The notes under the pieces are model-generated. The model was not told the origin of the DNA and searched no databases. It was given only the letters and a program-made list of their open reading frames with translations. From a virus, in the IMG/VR virus record IMGVR_UViG_3300028384_000991, positions 92,564 through 156,563 of that record: DNA of 64,000 bases; one strand, given 5' to 3'. This document shows positions 63,589-64,000 of this stretch, in pieces. Position 1 is the stretch's first letter, and each line of letters opens with the position of its first letter. The translations under genes were made by a program, and so were the position numbers.

Positions 63589-63779
63589 TAGTAATCTACC
63601 TCTTCAAAACTGTCTTTAATATACGCCATATTGTATTTAGAAGGATAATGTTTTAACAGTCTACCTGCTTCTTCACGTACCGCCTTTGGCACCCGCGGAT
63701 ACTTCTTAGGATCTCGCAAGTCCATTAGGAATCGTTCAACATTTAATACTGCGTTTGTTCTTTCAATTGGTAATGTCAT
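63588..63779 (-). CDS. Small phage hypothetical protein
   Basis: MTLPIERTNAV...PRVPKAVR...LLKHYP. Confidence 0.65.
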   Translation of the reverse strand: MTLPIERTNAVLNVERFLMDLRDPKKYPRVPKAVREEAGRLLKHYPSKYNMAYIKDSFEEVDY

Positions 63780-63780
63780 T

Positions 63781-64000
63781 TTACCACCCTGGTGCTGTAT
63801 AATCTTTGTCTTTTTTATAGTAGGCGAAGCCATCGAGACCGTAAGTAGGGCAGACTAAAATTCTATCTGGTAATCCCATACCGTCTTTCTCTCCGGCTTC
63901 GCCGCATATAAAATATGCTCCACTTTTTTCAGGACTTGAATGTATCCAAATCTTTTTCAGTTTCTGGAATAGTTCATGTTCCTGTTCAGTTATTTCAATC
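63781..64000 (-). CDS. Hypothetical protein, 5' end at or beyond the window edge
   Basis: Open frame IEITEQEHELF...YTAPGW-stop. Confidence 0.55.
   Translation of the reverse strand, partial: IEITEQEHELFQKLKKIWIHSSPEKSGAYFICGEAGEKDGMGLPDRILVCPTYGLDGFAYYKKDKDYTAPGW

Noticed and set aside
1-64000. Bacterial or archaeal chromosome, or eukaryotic giant virus, suggested by clpA, dnaJ, RFC, PCNA-like, MBD4-like and PMM2-like genes
   Set aside because: Spanins, GH108 endolysin, tail fibres, T4-like late motif, SD sequences and sigma70 promoters indicate a bacteriophage.
1-64000. Alternative genetic code (stop-codon reassignment)
   Set aside because: Long genes are intact under code 11, and TAA, TAG and TGA all end genes at sensible coupled positions.
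1-64000. Many 60-175 aa plus-strand ORFs opposite the main genes
   Set aside because: Antisense shadows of real genes with no recognisable motifs.

Overview
AT-rich, gene-dense segment of a large lytic dsDNA tailed phage (T4-superfamily-like or jumbo myovirus type). The spanins and GH108 endolysin point to a Gram-negative host, and the ClpA, FdxA and IscA-type genes are consistent with a proteobacterium. Almost all genes lie on the minus strand. Layout: (1) 1-9.6 kb, replication and DNA-modification block with glycosyltransferase, QueD-like T-fold protein, TGT/DpdA-like transglycosylase, sliding clamp, epimerase, MBD4-like glycosylase, DEDD exonuclease and family B polymerase; (2) 12.4-17.6 kb, probable capsid-internal proteins with T4 CTS-like N-termini, including a modular polyprotein-like ORF; (3) dnaJ-def-clpA operon; (4) lysis cassette; (5) phoH, nucleotide metabolism, PPIase, ferredoxin, clamp loader, mazG, groES and a DnaE fragment; (6) 32.6-47.5 kb, baseplate and tail-fibre genes with a subtilisin protease; (7) auxiliary genes iscA, sodC, uvsE, PMM, GT, queD and 2OG-Fe(II) oxygenases, further fibre genes and an ATP-dependent ligase. 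Best leads: a DpdA-like enzyme whose C-terminal tail matches the polymerase's putative clamp-binding tail, suggesting replication-coupled and possibly glycosylated 7-deazaguanine DNA; a candidate SD-sequestering pseudoknot in the queD leader; repeated leaderless transcripts from TAAATA and sigma70 promoters; packaged polyprotein cargo and a CTS-tagged Cu/Zn SOD; and internal deletions in mazG and uvsE. All family calls come from motif recognition by eye; no database search was run. No tRNA, rRNA, CRISPR array, intein or IS element was seen.
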